64,000 nt of DNA from IMG/VR virus record IMGVR_UViG_3300021387_000661, positions 192,001 through 256,000 of that record; one strand, 5' to 3'. The position numbers were made by a program, and so were the translations under genes. Below are positions 40,850-49,097 of the stretch, piece by piece. This stretch comes from a virus (lineage: Duplodnaviria; Caudoviricetes). Every line of letters begins with the position of its first letter. Positions within the stretch are counted from its first letter, which is position 1. The notes below the pieces were generated by a model. The model searched no databases. It saw only the letters and a list, made by a program, of their open reading frames with translations, and was not told the DNA's origin.

Positions 40850-41527
40850 ATGAACAATAGCAAGAATTTATTTGACCTGGCAATGGATTGGTACAGAAGT
40901 GGCGATTCTGGAAAGAAGGCAGCTGCTCTTGACCTGTTCCCGGAAAATATGCTCAAAAAAGAAATTGAGGTATACAGGAAAAGGGATGAGAAAAAAAGAG
41001 TCAAGTTGAGGGAAGAGAACCTACAGAAGATGCTTGAAAGATGTAAAAAACTTTTTCATATTGGTGATGTCATTCAAAGTGATGACGGTACAGATTATCT
41101 TCCCAATCTCATCATCAGTGAACCCAGGATTCAAAAAGTGGAATATCTTCCTTTCTGTGTTGAAAGCAGTTGGAGATATGAAGACTCTGAAAAGAAAACC
41201 ATTGTAGTTGATACTGTGAGACTTTATATGAATAAACCACTGGAAAGAAAAAGTAAGGTCTGTCTGGAACAACTTCTTTATTATATGGATAAGCCAAAGG
41301 ATGATGTGTTCAGGAAAAATGGATTCATTGATCTGAAAGAATATGCAAAGAAACAGATTGAAAAAAAGAATAACGAACTGAAGGACCTCAAGGCAAGGGA
41401 ACAAAGAGCGCAGAAAGATTTGAGTGATATTCAAATGGATATTGCAGTCCTTGAAGACTATGACCCCAATGAGTTGACTTCTAAAAAGATAAATGAGATT
41501 TTGAAAAATGTCACAGAGACTCATTAA
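40850..41527 (+). CDS. Hypothetical protein
   Basis: ORF track. Confidence 0.7.
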   Translation: MNNSKNLFDLAMDWYRSGDSGKKAAALDLFPENMLKKEIEVYRKRDEKKRVKLREENLQKMLERCKKLFHIGDVIQSDDGTDYLPNLIISEPRIQKVEYLPFCVESSWRYEDSEKKTIVVDTVRLYMNKPLERKSKVCLEQLLYYMDKPKDDVFRKNGFIDLKEYAKKQIEKKNNELKDLKAREQRAQKDLSDIQMDIAVLEDYDPNELTSKKINEILKNVTETH

Positions 41528-41864
41528 CATACTCCCAAAGATTCCACAATATGAAGACATTCCATATGCAGGTGATTTAGAATGTCCTAAATGTGGAAAG
41601 ACTGGATTCTTTGACTATAACTGGAATCCAAAGCATGAAAAACCCAAGCTGGTAGGATGGTGTGACACAAACATAGGAAAGATGGGTGTGTTTGAATGTA
41701 CCTGTGGTCAGAGATACAGATTTCATTGTACTATTGGGACCTGGATTGCAGATGATGATGAGTTTGATATGTATCTTTACTATAAGGCAAAGGAATGTAC
41801 CAACTGGGAAGAGATTAAAAACAACTTGGTAACTAATGGAAAGGATAATTGCAGCAGCATATAA
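41508..41864 (+). CDS. Hypothetical zinc-finger protein
   Basis: CPKC...CTC. Confidence 0.65.
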   Translation: MSQRLINILPKIPQYEDIPYAGDLECPKCGKTGFFDYNWNPKHEKPKLVGWCDTNIGKMGVFECTCGQRYRFHCTIGTWIADDDEFDMYLYYKAKECTNWEEIKNNLVTNGKDNCSSI

Positions 41865-42165
41865 ACTCAAACCAGAATATATCTGTAAGAAGGGGTCTGT
41901 CCTGAAGATAGGTACAAGAGAACTGGATGACATCTACCTATGCAGGATTGGAAGACATCATGCAGAGATACTACACATCTTTGGTGACCAGGTTGACCAC
42001 AAAACATCTGGGTTCTACACATCCTATGGTAGATATGTTGACAGGAAGGAAGCAGCCAGGATTGCAATAGAATCAGGGCAAATACAGAAGTGTCATTATT
42101 TTGGAGGCGAACAACTTGATTCCAGTGATATCTTTGATTTGGATTATGATGGGAATATGTTATGA
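41836..42165 (+). CDS. Hypothetical phage protein
   Basis: GRHH, GFYTSYGRYVDRKEA motifs. Confidence 0.7.
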   Translation: MERIIAAAYKLKPEYICKKGSVLKIGTRELDDIYLCRIGRHHAEILHIFGDQVDHKTSGFYTSYGRYVDRKEAARIAIESGQIQKCHYFGGEQLDSSDIFDLDYDGNML

Positions 42166-42611
42166 AACTGATTGAATTTGGATCAAGACATTCTTTCTAT
42201 GAGTGGTTTCGCAGGTGTGACAGAAGTGACAACTATCCTTTGATCAATTTCAACTATATACATTGCTGGGAAGAAGACACACATATTTACAGGTGTGTTG
42301 AAAAGGGAAAGGATGTTGGTGTGATATTCATCTCCTGTTGTTATCCAGGTGAGATGTGGATTGATTTGTTTGAAGTCAAGAAAGGAAAGCACAGAACTGG
42401 TATTGGAACAAAGATGTTCAGACTCTTGATGGAGAAACACACACCACTTTATGTCAAACTTGAATGTGTTGAGGAAGAAGACAAAGAAAAAGAAGCGCAT
42501 CATTTCTGGAGAAAGATGGGATTTCATAAGACATATGACAGGACAGTATTGGGTGATGCATTTGTAAAGACATATACAAAGAAATATTGGAAGAATTATG
42601 ACAAACTATAG
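42162..42611 (+). CDS. GNAT family acetyltransferase
   Basis: HRTGIGT, AHHFWRKMGF. Confidence 0.75.
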   Translation: MKLIEFGSRHSFYEWFRRCDRSDNYPLINFNYIHCWEEDTHIYRCVEKGKDVGVIFISCCYPGEMWIDLFEVKKGKHRTGIGTKMFRLLMEKHTPLYVKLECVEEEDKEKEAHHFWRKMGFHKTYDRTVLGDAFVKTYTKKYWKNYDKL

Positions 42612-43050
42612 CGAACATATATCTGAAGAACTGGCCAGGAAACTTCTTGACTGGGGTTATCCCCTATTAAGTTATGCTCCTGGTACATATGATGGCGCTC
42701 CTTGTTTTGATATTCCAGGACCTGATGAACCTGGTTGGGCAGATGGTGACAGATACCAGATTCCCACATATGGTGAGGTGTTTGACTGGTTCTCAAGGGT
42801 AAAAGGTATTGTCATCACCCTTGAACCATTCCACACTTTTGCATTAAAAGGTCAGATAGGATATACCTGGAAGATAAACTATGTAGACCCTGAATTTGGT
42901 CTTGTATTGAGGACAGAAGAAAATGAATACCAATCAGGAGATGGATTTGGTGGTTCATTTAAACTCACTGCTGACGAAGCGATAAAGTCCGCAATGACTC
43001 TTGGTAAAAAGAAAGAGGAATATATTGAAGTAAACATTGATGAATTATAG
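42598..43050 (+). CDS. Hypothetical protein
   Basis: ORF track. Confidence 0.65.
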   Translation: MTNYSEHISEELARKLLDWGYPLLSYAPGTYDGAPCFDIPGPDEPGWADGDRYQIPTYGEVFDWFSRVKGIVITLEPFHTFALKGQIGYTWKINYVDPEFGLVLRTEENEYQSGDGFGGSFKLTADEAIKSAMTLGKKKEEYIEVNIDEL

Positions 43051-43052
43051 TT

Positions 43053-43364
43053 ATGGAAATTATTAAAGACTTGAATCCAGAAACCAGGAAATACAAATTC
43101 ATTCACTGGGGGTGTTGTGAGTTTACAGCCCTTGAAAATGAATTCAAATGGACTGCTGGACAATATAATGAGACAACTGCAAGTGTAGTTTGTCCAAAGT
43201 GTGGGAAACAGTTTTATCAAGATCCAGAAGAGATTAAACCAGAAACACCATCATTTGATGATTGGCCAAAGGTAACAAACTGTCCAAAGAATTGTAAGAT
43301 ATGTCAAGCCAAATGTTTATACAGGAAGGAGAAGTATAATGATTATGTGTCTCCAAAAGATTAA
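43053..43364 (+). CDS. Hypothetical Cys-rich protein
   Basis: ORF track. Confidence 0.6.
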   Translation: MEIIKDLNPETRKYKFIHWGCCEFTALENEFKWTAGQYNETTASVVCPKCGKQFYQDPEEIKPETPSFDDWPKVTNCPKNCKICQAKCLYRKEKYNDYVSPKD

Positions 43365-43431
43365 TTTTTTTGTTATATTTAATTTACATAAATACTTTAG
43401 AAAGTCAAAAATCAATTTACATAAATATAGT

Positions 43432-43503
43432 ATGATGACATTAAATAACATATCAAATAGGAAATCCGATTTAAGAAAATTGGATTCTTTTGGTGTGGTA
43501 TAA
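43432..43503 (+). CDS. Leader peptide 1 (MMTLNNISNRKSDLRKLDSFGVV) of putative tRNA-array attenuator
   Basis: 23-codon ORF after tandem TTTACATAAATA; overlaps alternative hairpins. Confidence 0.7.
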   Translation: MMTLNNISNRKSDLRKLDSFGVV

Positions 43504-43568
43504 TGTCAATAAGATAACAAGCATATCATCTAAAACCACACCTTTGAAAAAAGATGTGGTTTTTTTTG
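43436..43568 (+). promoter_or_regulatory. Attenuator 1: protector TGACATTA/TAATGTCA, antiterminator GGTGTGGT/ACCACACC, terminator AAAACCACA...TGTGGTTTT plus T run
   Basis: Mutually exclusive pairings read directly from the sequence. Confidence 0.7.
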
Positions 43569-43576
43569 ATAAAATA

Positions 43577-43608
43577 TTTGGAAGTTTAAAAAAAAGTTGT
43601 TATATTTG
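43577..43608 (+). promoter_or_regulatory. Bacteroidota sigmaA-type promoter
   Basis: TTTG-N20-TATATTTG. Confidence 0.7.
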
Positions 43609-43757
43609 TAGTGTTGAAAGTTCATTAAAATAAAGCCAATCCGCCCAGTCGGAAAAGTAAGATTATGGAAACATCCATGTGGGATGGTTTACGAATCATC
43701 AACACCGTCGATTCGGGACTTCTGAAATAAAAAAGTGGTACTTGACTTAAATTGATT

Positions 43758-43830
43758 GCAACCTTGGCGCAGTGGCTAGCGCAACTGACTTTTAATCAGT
43801 GGGTCTCGGGTTCGAATCCCGAAGGTTGCA
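43758..43830 (+). tRNA. tRNA-Lys(TTT)
   Basis: Cloverleaf; ACTGA-CT-TTT-AA-TCAGT. Confidence 0.93.
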
Positions 43831-44028
43831 CACAAAACATAAATTTATTTTGATATTTGAAAAATTTATGTTATATTTGTAATACACGTACCCAGGTTGA
43901 GATAAATTTTGCAAGAATTTATAATATAATTACTGATTCCCTGGGTTTTAAAATCCACAATGGCAGATGCGCACAGTCCCGGAGTGGTTGAGTGAGGAGG
44001 ACTTGCAATAACCTCCAAACAAAAGGAA

Positions 44029-44102
44029 GTCTTGTAGTTTAATGGTAGAATGCCTGCCTCGAAAGCAGGAGATGGATGCAGGGTTCGAATCCCCCCAAGA
44101 CA
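44029..44102 (+). tRNA. Atypical tRNA-Ser(CGA)-like
   Basis: CCTGC-CT-CGA-AA-GCAGG arm; weak T stem and no Ser-type variable arm. Confidence 0.45.
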
Positions 44103-44127
44103 ACAAAGTTAGTTCATTGAAAATATT

Positions 44128-44293
44128 GCCCTGGTGGTGGAATGGTAGACACGAGGGACTTAATTAGCAGAGTAAACTGTCTTAAAAAATCTTGTTTGGA
44201 AAATATAGGAACTTTGACAGGTTCAAATCCTGTTTCCAGACCAATCCCTTGGCCTGCAAGGCCTTGCGGGTTCGACTCCCGCCCGGGGCACCA
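44128..44293 (+). tRNA. tRNA-Leu(TAA) with 79-nt tRNA-like insertion (44164-44242)
   Basis: AGGGA-CT-TAA|insert|AA-TCCCT; long variable arm; encoded CCA. Confidence 0.85.
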
Positions 44294-44355
44294 ACATAGT
44301 TGATTCTGACTGTTGTCAGACTTGAGGTTAATGACAGGACCTTCAACTATTAAAT

Positions 44356-44434
44356 GCGGGTGTATCGCCACTGTCTTATACACAGTCATTAACAGCGTAA
44401 TTGGTGTATGGGGGTTCAAGTCCCTCCACCCGTA
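44356..44434 (+). tRNA. D-arm-less tRNA-Ile(TAT)-like
   Basis: GCGGGTG/CACCCGT acceptor, ACTGT-CT-TAT-AC-ACAGT, long variable region, T arm. Confidence 0.6.
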
Positions 44435-44447
44435 CAAGCTTATTTGA

Positions 44448-44625
44448 AACAGCACTGGTACAAGGATCCATACCAGTAAAGATGAGATGGTAGCGCTGAA
44501 GTCTACGAACCTTAACAGGAAGTATCCGGATTCAAACTCCTGTCCTGTGTTACGGAACCAGTCTGGGTCACCAGGGTTTAATTGGGATGGAAACACCCAA
44601 GGAAGAGAAACCACCTTATGCTGTT
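44448..44625 (+). ncRNA. Candidate structured ncRNA
   Basis: AACAGCA/TGCTGTT closing stem with internal hairpins (CTGGTA/TACCAG, TTGGG/CCCAA). Confidence 0.4.
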
Positions 44626-44629
44626 ATAT

Positions 44630-44701
44630 GCTTCCATAGGTCAACGGATAGACTGACTCTCCCCTAAAGAGTAGATACATGTTCAATTCATGTTGGGAGT
44701 A
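44630..44701 (+). tRNA. tRNA-Arg(CCT)
   Basis: ACTCT-CC-CCT-AA-AGAGT. Confidence 0.85.
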
Positions 44702-44713
44702 CAAAACATAAAT

Positions 44714-44787
44714 GGCCCCTTAGCTCAGCGGATCAGAGCAACAGCCTTCTAAGCTGTGGGTCCTGCGTTCGAATCGCAGAGGGGTCA
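44714..44787 (+). tRNA. tRNA-Arg(TCT)
   Basis: ACAGC-CT-TCT-AA-GCTGT. Confidence 0.95.
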
Positions 44788-44885
44788 CAAAAAAAGTTTA
44801 AAAGATAATGAGACAGTATAAACATAAACAGTAGTTGTGTTGGTATCATCCAGAAAGATGAGACCAACCAAGTCATATATGGAAA

Positions 44886-44960
44886 GGTCTCGTGGCGCAA
44901 CTGGATGAGCGCACCTGTCTTTTAAACAGGGTGTTATGGGTTCGAGTCCCATCGGGACCA
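44886..44960 (+). tRNA. tRNA-Lys(TTT)
   Basis: CCTGT-CT-TTT-AA-ACAGG. Confidence 0.92.
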
Positions 44961-44969
44961 CAAGGTATT

Positions 44970-45042
44970 GGCCTTGTAGCTTAGATGGTAGAGCACCACC
45001 CTTTTAAGGTGGGAGTCGTGGGTTCGAGCCCCACCGGGGTCA
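44970..45042 (+). tRNA. tRNA-Lys(TTT)
   Basis: CCACC-CT-TTT-AA-GGTGG. Confidence 0.92.
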
Positions 45043-45267
45043 CAAAGATTAAAGTTTGAAATATATGGGTGGCTTGCATGCAGTTCTTGATAAGTCAGAT
45101 ATAGTACTTACTGATACTGTCTTGAACCAGAGTAAAAAGACCGGTACCTGATTGCAATAAGTTCCCACCCACCCTTTACCTGACAGGTCGAGCGTGATAT
45201 GGTCGCCTGTATTCACCAGACGTGGAGAAGAGACATTGAAACTCTGTCAGGTTTTTAATAGATTATT

Positions 45268-45624
45268 ATGGAAAAGAAACCAAAGATAAAGTGGAAGAAT
45301 TTTAAAATCTGGATCAAAGACCAGTTCAAGAGGAAGACCTGGTTCAGAAACTTTTTCATCACTGGGAATGCCTGGGGAGGGTTCAGTATCAACTCTCACA
45401 TCAACCAACATACAGGTGAACCAAAGATAACATACAATCATCTTGAATCCGCCCAGAAGGCTGCTGACAAGATGGGACAGAAACACAACACACACTTCAG
45501 TGTTTACAAGTGTCTTTACTGTGATGGTTATCATATTGGAAAGAACAGGGAGAACAAGACAGATTATGACAAGAAGGTAGTTACAAATGTTGAAGTAAAA
45601 GACAAGACTTTAATACTTAAATAA
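45268..45624 (+). CDS. Hypothetical zinc-binding protein
   Basis: VYKCLYCDGYHIG. Confidence 0.65.
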   Translation: MEKKPKIKWKNFKIWIKDQFKRKTWFRNFFITGNAWGGFSINSHINQHTGEPKITYNHLESAQKAADKMGQKHNTHFSVYKCLYCDGYHIGKNRENKTDYDKKVVTNVEVKDKTLILK

Positions 45625-45625
45625 G

Positions 45626-46078
45626 ATGAACACACTTGAAAATACAATTCAGAAGGATCTGGTTCAGGCAATGAAGAACCATCAGGAACACACTGTTGCA
45701 GCATTGAGGTCTGTTAAGACTGCCATTATGGAAGTGAAGACCGCTGCCAATGGTAAGAAGGATTTGGAAGATGGTGACATTGTGAAGATCATCCAGAAGT
45801 TAGTTAAGCAAAGGAAGGAGAGTATGGACATCTATTCCCAGGCAGGTAGGCATGAACTTGCAGACAATGAGCAGCAGGAGATGTTTGTGTTGATGAACTA
45901 TCTTCCAAAGATGCTCACTGAATCAGAGGTGGAGGAAATTGTTGTGAAGACGATCGCAGACCTTGGTGCAACCTCAATGAAAGATATGGGAAAGGTGATG
46001 GGATTCATCAATAAGACTTATGCTGGACAGGTGGATGGTTCTATGGTATCAAGAATTGTTAAATCTAAATTAGGATAA
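45626..46078 (+). CDS. GatB/YqeY domain protein
   Basis: KQRKES...Y.QAGR.ELA..E, YLPKML, DMGKVMG. Confidence 0.92.
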   Translation: MNTLENTIQKDLVQAMKNHQEHTVAALRSVKTAIMEVKTAANGKKDLEDGDIVKIIQKLVKQRKESMDIYSQAGRHELADNEQQEMFVLMNYLPKMLTESEVEEIVVKTIADLGATSMKDMGKVMGFINKTYAGQVDGSMVSRIVKSKLG

Positions 46079-46079
46079 T

Positions 46080-46271
46080 ATGGCAAAGTTTGTTGTTTAT
46101 GCTCATGACAAGACTGATGTAGAATCAAATCTCATCTATGTATGTACCTGTGACACCAAAAATATGGCAAAGAGTATTACAAGTGCTATGAGGTTCAGGG
46201 ATTCCGGTGGAAGGAATGATGGGTCGGGTTTATATGATTATTATGTTAGAAAAGAAGATTGGATAGTATGA
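46080..46271 (+). CDS. Hypothetical protein
   Basis: ORF track. Confidence 0.55.
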   Translation: MAKFVVYAHDKTDVESNLIYVCTCDTKNMAKSITSAMRFRDSGGRNDGSGLYDYYVRKEDWIV

Positions 46272-46495
46272 AAACCTGGATTATAGTTTTAGCAATTGTA
46301 TTTGTTGTTTTAAAGTTAGTTCAGCGGTTTCTTGCAAACTATATCAGAAATGACAGATTGGAAAGTGTAAAATACTACTTTCTTGATGGTGCAACAACAC
46401 TTGGGGTGATACATGGACTTGTTTCTTTATTTTGTATATTGGTTGGTTGTACAGATTTGATTTTATTGTTTATTTATTTGTTGAATTTAGTATGA
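46268..46495 (+). CDS. Small membrane protein
   Basis: Two hydrophobic segments. Confidence 0.55.
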   Translation: MKTWIIVLAIVFVVLKLVQRFLANYIRNDRLESVKYYFLDGATTLGVIHGLVSLFCILVGCTDLILLFIYLLNLV

Positions 46496-46983
46496 AGAAT
46501 ATAGCATTGGTTGCCCATGATGGAAGAAAGAAAGAATTGATGGAGTGGGTAAGGTATAATTGGGAAACTCTTTCAAAGCATAATTTATATGCAACTGGTA
46601 CAACTGGAAAATTGATTAGTGGTATTGAAGTGGATCTTGGATTTGGTGGTGGAGAAGGAGTTTATAGGAGACAGATTGAGTATCCTTTGAGGAGTAAAGT
46701 AACATGTCTCAAATCTGGTCCACTTGGTGGAGATCAACAGATTGGAGCAATGATTGCAGAAGGAAAGATAGATGTATTGATATTTTTCTGTGACAATCTC
46801 ATTACACAAGGTCACCAGACAGATGTGTCTGCACTTACCAGACTTGCATCACTTTATAATATTGCATTTGCAACAAACAGGACAACTGCTGATATGATTC
46901 TTACATCACCATTGTTCAATGATGAAAATTATAAGATGATTGTTCCTGATGTGATTGAGAAATATAAAAACAGACAAATTTAA
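46492..46983 (+). CDS. mgsA: Methylglyoxal synthase
   Basis: IALVAHD..K, LYATGTTG, SGPLGGDQQIGA, H..DV.AL.R. Confidence 0.93.
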   Translation: MKNIALVAHDGRKKELMEWVRYNWETLSKHNLYATGTTGKLISGIEVDLGFGGGEGVYRRQIEYPLRSKVTCLKSGPLGGDQQIGAMIAEGKIDVLIFFCDNLITQGHQTDVSALTRLASLYNIAFATNRTTADMILTSPLFNDENYKMIVPDVIEKYKNRQI

Positions 46984-47081
46984 TAAAAACATAAATATTT
47001 TTATCTGGGATTTGGAAAATAAAATATTTTTTGTTATATTTGTATTGTTATTCAGAAAGAGTTCTTTGAATTTAGAAATAT

Positions 47082-47400
47082 ATAGGTCTTGTTGATGCTT
47101 TCAGGAAAGACTGTAGGACAAGGGTTCGAGTCCCTTCAGGTCCACAAATAAACACACTTAAGTCATCGGAGTACGCCTCTGTAATGATTGAGGAATTCAC
47201 TAAACGGTGTGGAAAATCAGGTTGAGTAGGCTTCGTATCTCAACCAACTTTGGGCCTGCCTGGTTTTGACTGCTTTTGAGTATGGAGAGTGGAGAGGTCT
47301 ATTGCCAATAACTGGCAAAAACAACGGTTTCTCTGTAAACTTTGGCCCTGTCGCACAGACAGCTACTCCAAAGGCTATGGTTGCTTTCGCTTAATTGCAG
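47082..47400 (+). ncRNA. ssrA: Circularly permuted (two-piece) tmRNA; tag (A)GKNNGFSVNFGPVAQTATPKAMVAFA*
   Basis: T arm and CAGGTCC-A (ends 47144) precede GGGCCTG-CCTGGTTTTGAC (47252); G3-U70 pair; ATAACT-GGC resume site at 47314; stop at 47394. Confidence 0.88.
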
Positions 47401-47505
47401 GCTTGAACATAGTAGATCTTTCACCAGGTGGATGATCCAGAGGGTTTCTCATTCCATCTTTCCAAATAAGATGGATACTTTGAAAGTTCTTTATAATAAA
47501 TATTT

Positions 47506-47681
47506 GGCCAGGTAGCTCAGCTGGTTTAGAGCAGCGGACTGTATAAGGAGTGGTTTACCGAAACAAACCAATCTGGTATAGTTTAATGGCAAAATGCCTC
47601 GGGTCGTAGATGATGGTGGTTCGATTCCACCTACCAGATCTAATCCGCGGGTCGTGGGTTCGAGTCCCTCCCTGGCCGCCA
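47506..47681 (+). tRNA. tRNA-Asn(GTT) with 98-nt tRNA-like insertion (47543-47640)
   Basis: GCGGA-CT-GT|insert|T-AA-TCCGC; G73 discriminator; CCA. Confidence 0.8.
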
Positions 47682-47683
47682 AA

Positions 47684-47763
47684 GTACATAGGATGTAAGT
47701 GCACACATATGTTGGGTTCGGGTATGATTAACCCACAGAGGTTTGAGTCCTCTCTATGTACCA
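47684..47763 (+). ncRNA. tRNA-like element (acceptor plus T arm, no canonical anticodon arm)
   Basis: GTACATAG/CTATGTAC; AGAGG-TTTGAGT-CCTCT. Confidence 0.55.
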
Positions 47764-47800
47764 AATATAAGTTCTTTGAAAAATAAAAACTTCATACAAT

Positions 47801-48071
47801 GGAGGAGTGGGAGAGTGGTTTATTCCAGCGGTCTTGTTAATTCGAGTGCTTCCAGAGGAATCTGGAAAGTAGAATTCCCCTAATTCGGTGGAACCTTAAC
47901 AGGTAATGCTGATGGTAATACCGAGCCAATGTTTAAAGACAGTGTGTAGAGACTTTACAGGGAACATCCAGAACGGATGAAGATAAAGTCCAGACCACAA
48001 TATGAAAGTAATGTGTGTAAGGAAAACCGCCGCTCCGAAAGGGGCCGTCGGTTCGAATCCGGCCTCCTCCG
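47801..48071 (+). tRNA. tRNA-Ser(TGA) interrupted by a group I intron
   Basis: GCGGT-CT-T|intron|GA-AA-ACCGC; long variable arm; G73. Confidence 0.88.
47836..48021 (+). mobile_element. Group I intron (186 nt, no ORF)
   Basis: Follows U and ends in G; P AATTCGGTGGAAC, Q AATACCGAGC, R GTGTAGAGACT, S AAGATAAAGTCC. Confidence 0.88.
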
Positions 48072-48259
48072 CTAAATATACAAATTTCAAAAAAGTTTGT
48101 TATATTTATTAAGGTTTTGTTATGTGTTTGTTTGTTTAAAGATTCATACCGCAACAATTAAAAGCTCAAACTGATAATTTGATTACTTTCTTTTGAATCT
48201 TGTTTTCTTTAACAAACATAAATTTAACCAGGCTTTTATAAACAATTAATAATTAAAGT

Positions 48260-48886
48260 ATGAAGAAATTTTTAGTATTTCTTATGAGTATTATGCTCAT
48301 GATTGGTGTGAGTGCATGTACTTGCTCCCAGCAGAAGAAAACTTCTGAACTAAAGGCTGGTGAACTGGTTGTTGAGAATGTCATCTCCCTTGACCGTCAG
48401 GCAATGAACCTTGCACATGGTGGTAATTACAGGTGGTTTGAGACTGGTGTTCAGCTCAAGAACTTCCTTGATGAGGAAAATGATGGTACCATTGATTTGG
48501 TTGTCAATGTTTTCCAGGTAGTTGAGGAGTATGATTCTACAAGTTTTGATACCTTTGTTTACAAGTATCAGCACTTCTCTGATGGTTCATTTAATGAGGA
48601 AGGTGTTCATGGTTTCTGGGTTGAAGATTACCCTCTTGAGAATGAAGCAATCAAGGTAACCTTCAAGGAAGCTTTTGAAAAGGTCCAGGAAGTTAATCTC
48701 CCTAAACCTCACACCCGTCAGGTAGTATTGAGGAAGCAGGTTGGTCCTGTTGAGGCAAATCCTCAGTGGATTTTTGGTAACCTCCATTCACAGATTTATG
48801 TTGATGCTGTGACTGGTGCAGTTTCAAAGGACAATCCTGCATTCAATGGTCTCAATCTTGGTACACCTCTTGGTGAATGGCCTTAA
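48260..48886 (+). CDS. Putative lipoprotein (PepSY-like C-terminus)
   Basis: MKKFLVFLMSIMLMIGVSAC lipobox; IYVDAVTGAV. Confidence 0.7.
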   Translation: MKKFLVFLMSIMLMIGVSACTCSQQKKTSELKAGELVVENVISLDRQAMNLAHGGNYRWFETGVQLKNFLDEENDGTIDLVVNVFQVVEEYDSTSFDTFVYKYQHFSDGSFNEEGVHGFWVEDYPLENEAIKVTFKEAFEKVQEVNLPKPHTRQVVLRKQVGPVEANPQWIFGNLHSQIYVDAVTGAVSKDNPAFNGLNLGTPLGEWP

Positions 48887-48967
48887 TAGAAATCGGTGAG
48901 GTAGTTAGTTTTGCACTCTCGTCATAAATAAAATGCAGACTTGGCAATCTGGAACAGACAGATATTA

Positions 48968-49092
48968 CTATGATGTGACAAGGAAGTGGAATACTTGCGC
49001 CACGAGATAATATCAGATGGAGGAAAGAGGAAGGGTTCTTCGTAAAAGTTGCCCAATAGGGAATGGAGGTTCGAGTCCTCCCATCATAGCCA
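48968..49092 (+). ncRNA. Enlarged tRNA-like element ending in CCA
   Basis: CTATGATG/CATCATAG; GGAGG-TTCGAGT-CCTCC. Confidence 0.55.
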
Positions 49093-49097
49093 AACAT

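Noticed and set aside
47506-47681. Reading the interrupted gene as tRNA-Tyr(GTA) or Ser(GCT)
   Set aside because: No long variable arm; G73 and the GCGGA/TCCGC stem fit Asn, and the shared junction rule gives GTT
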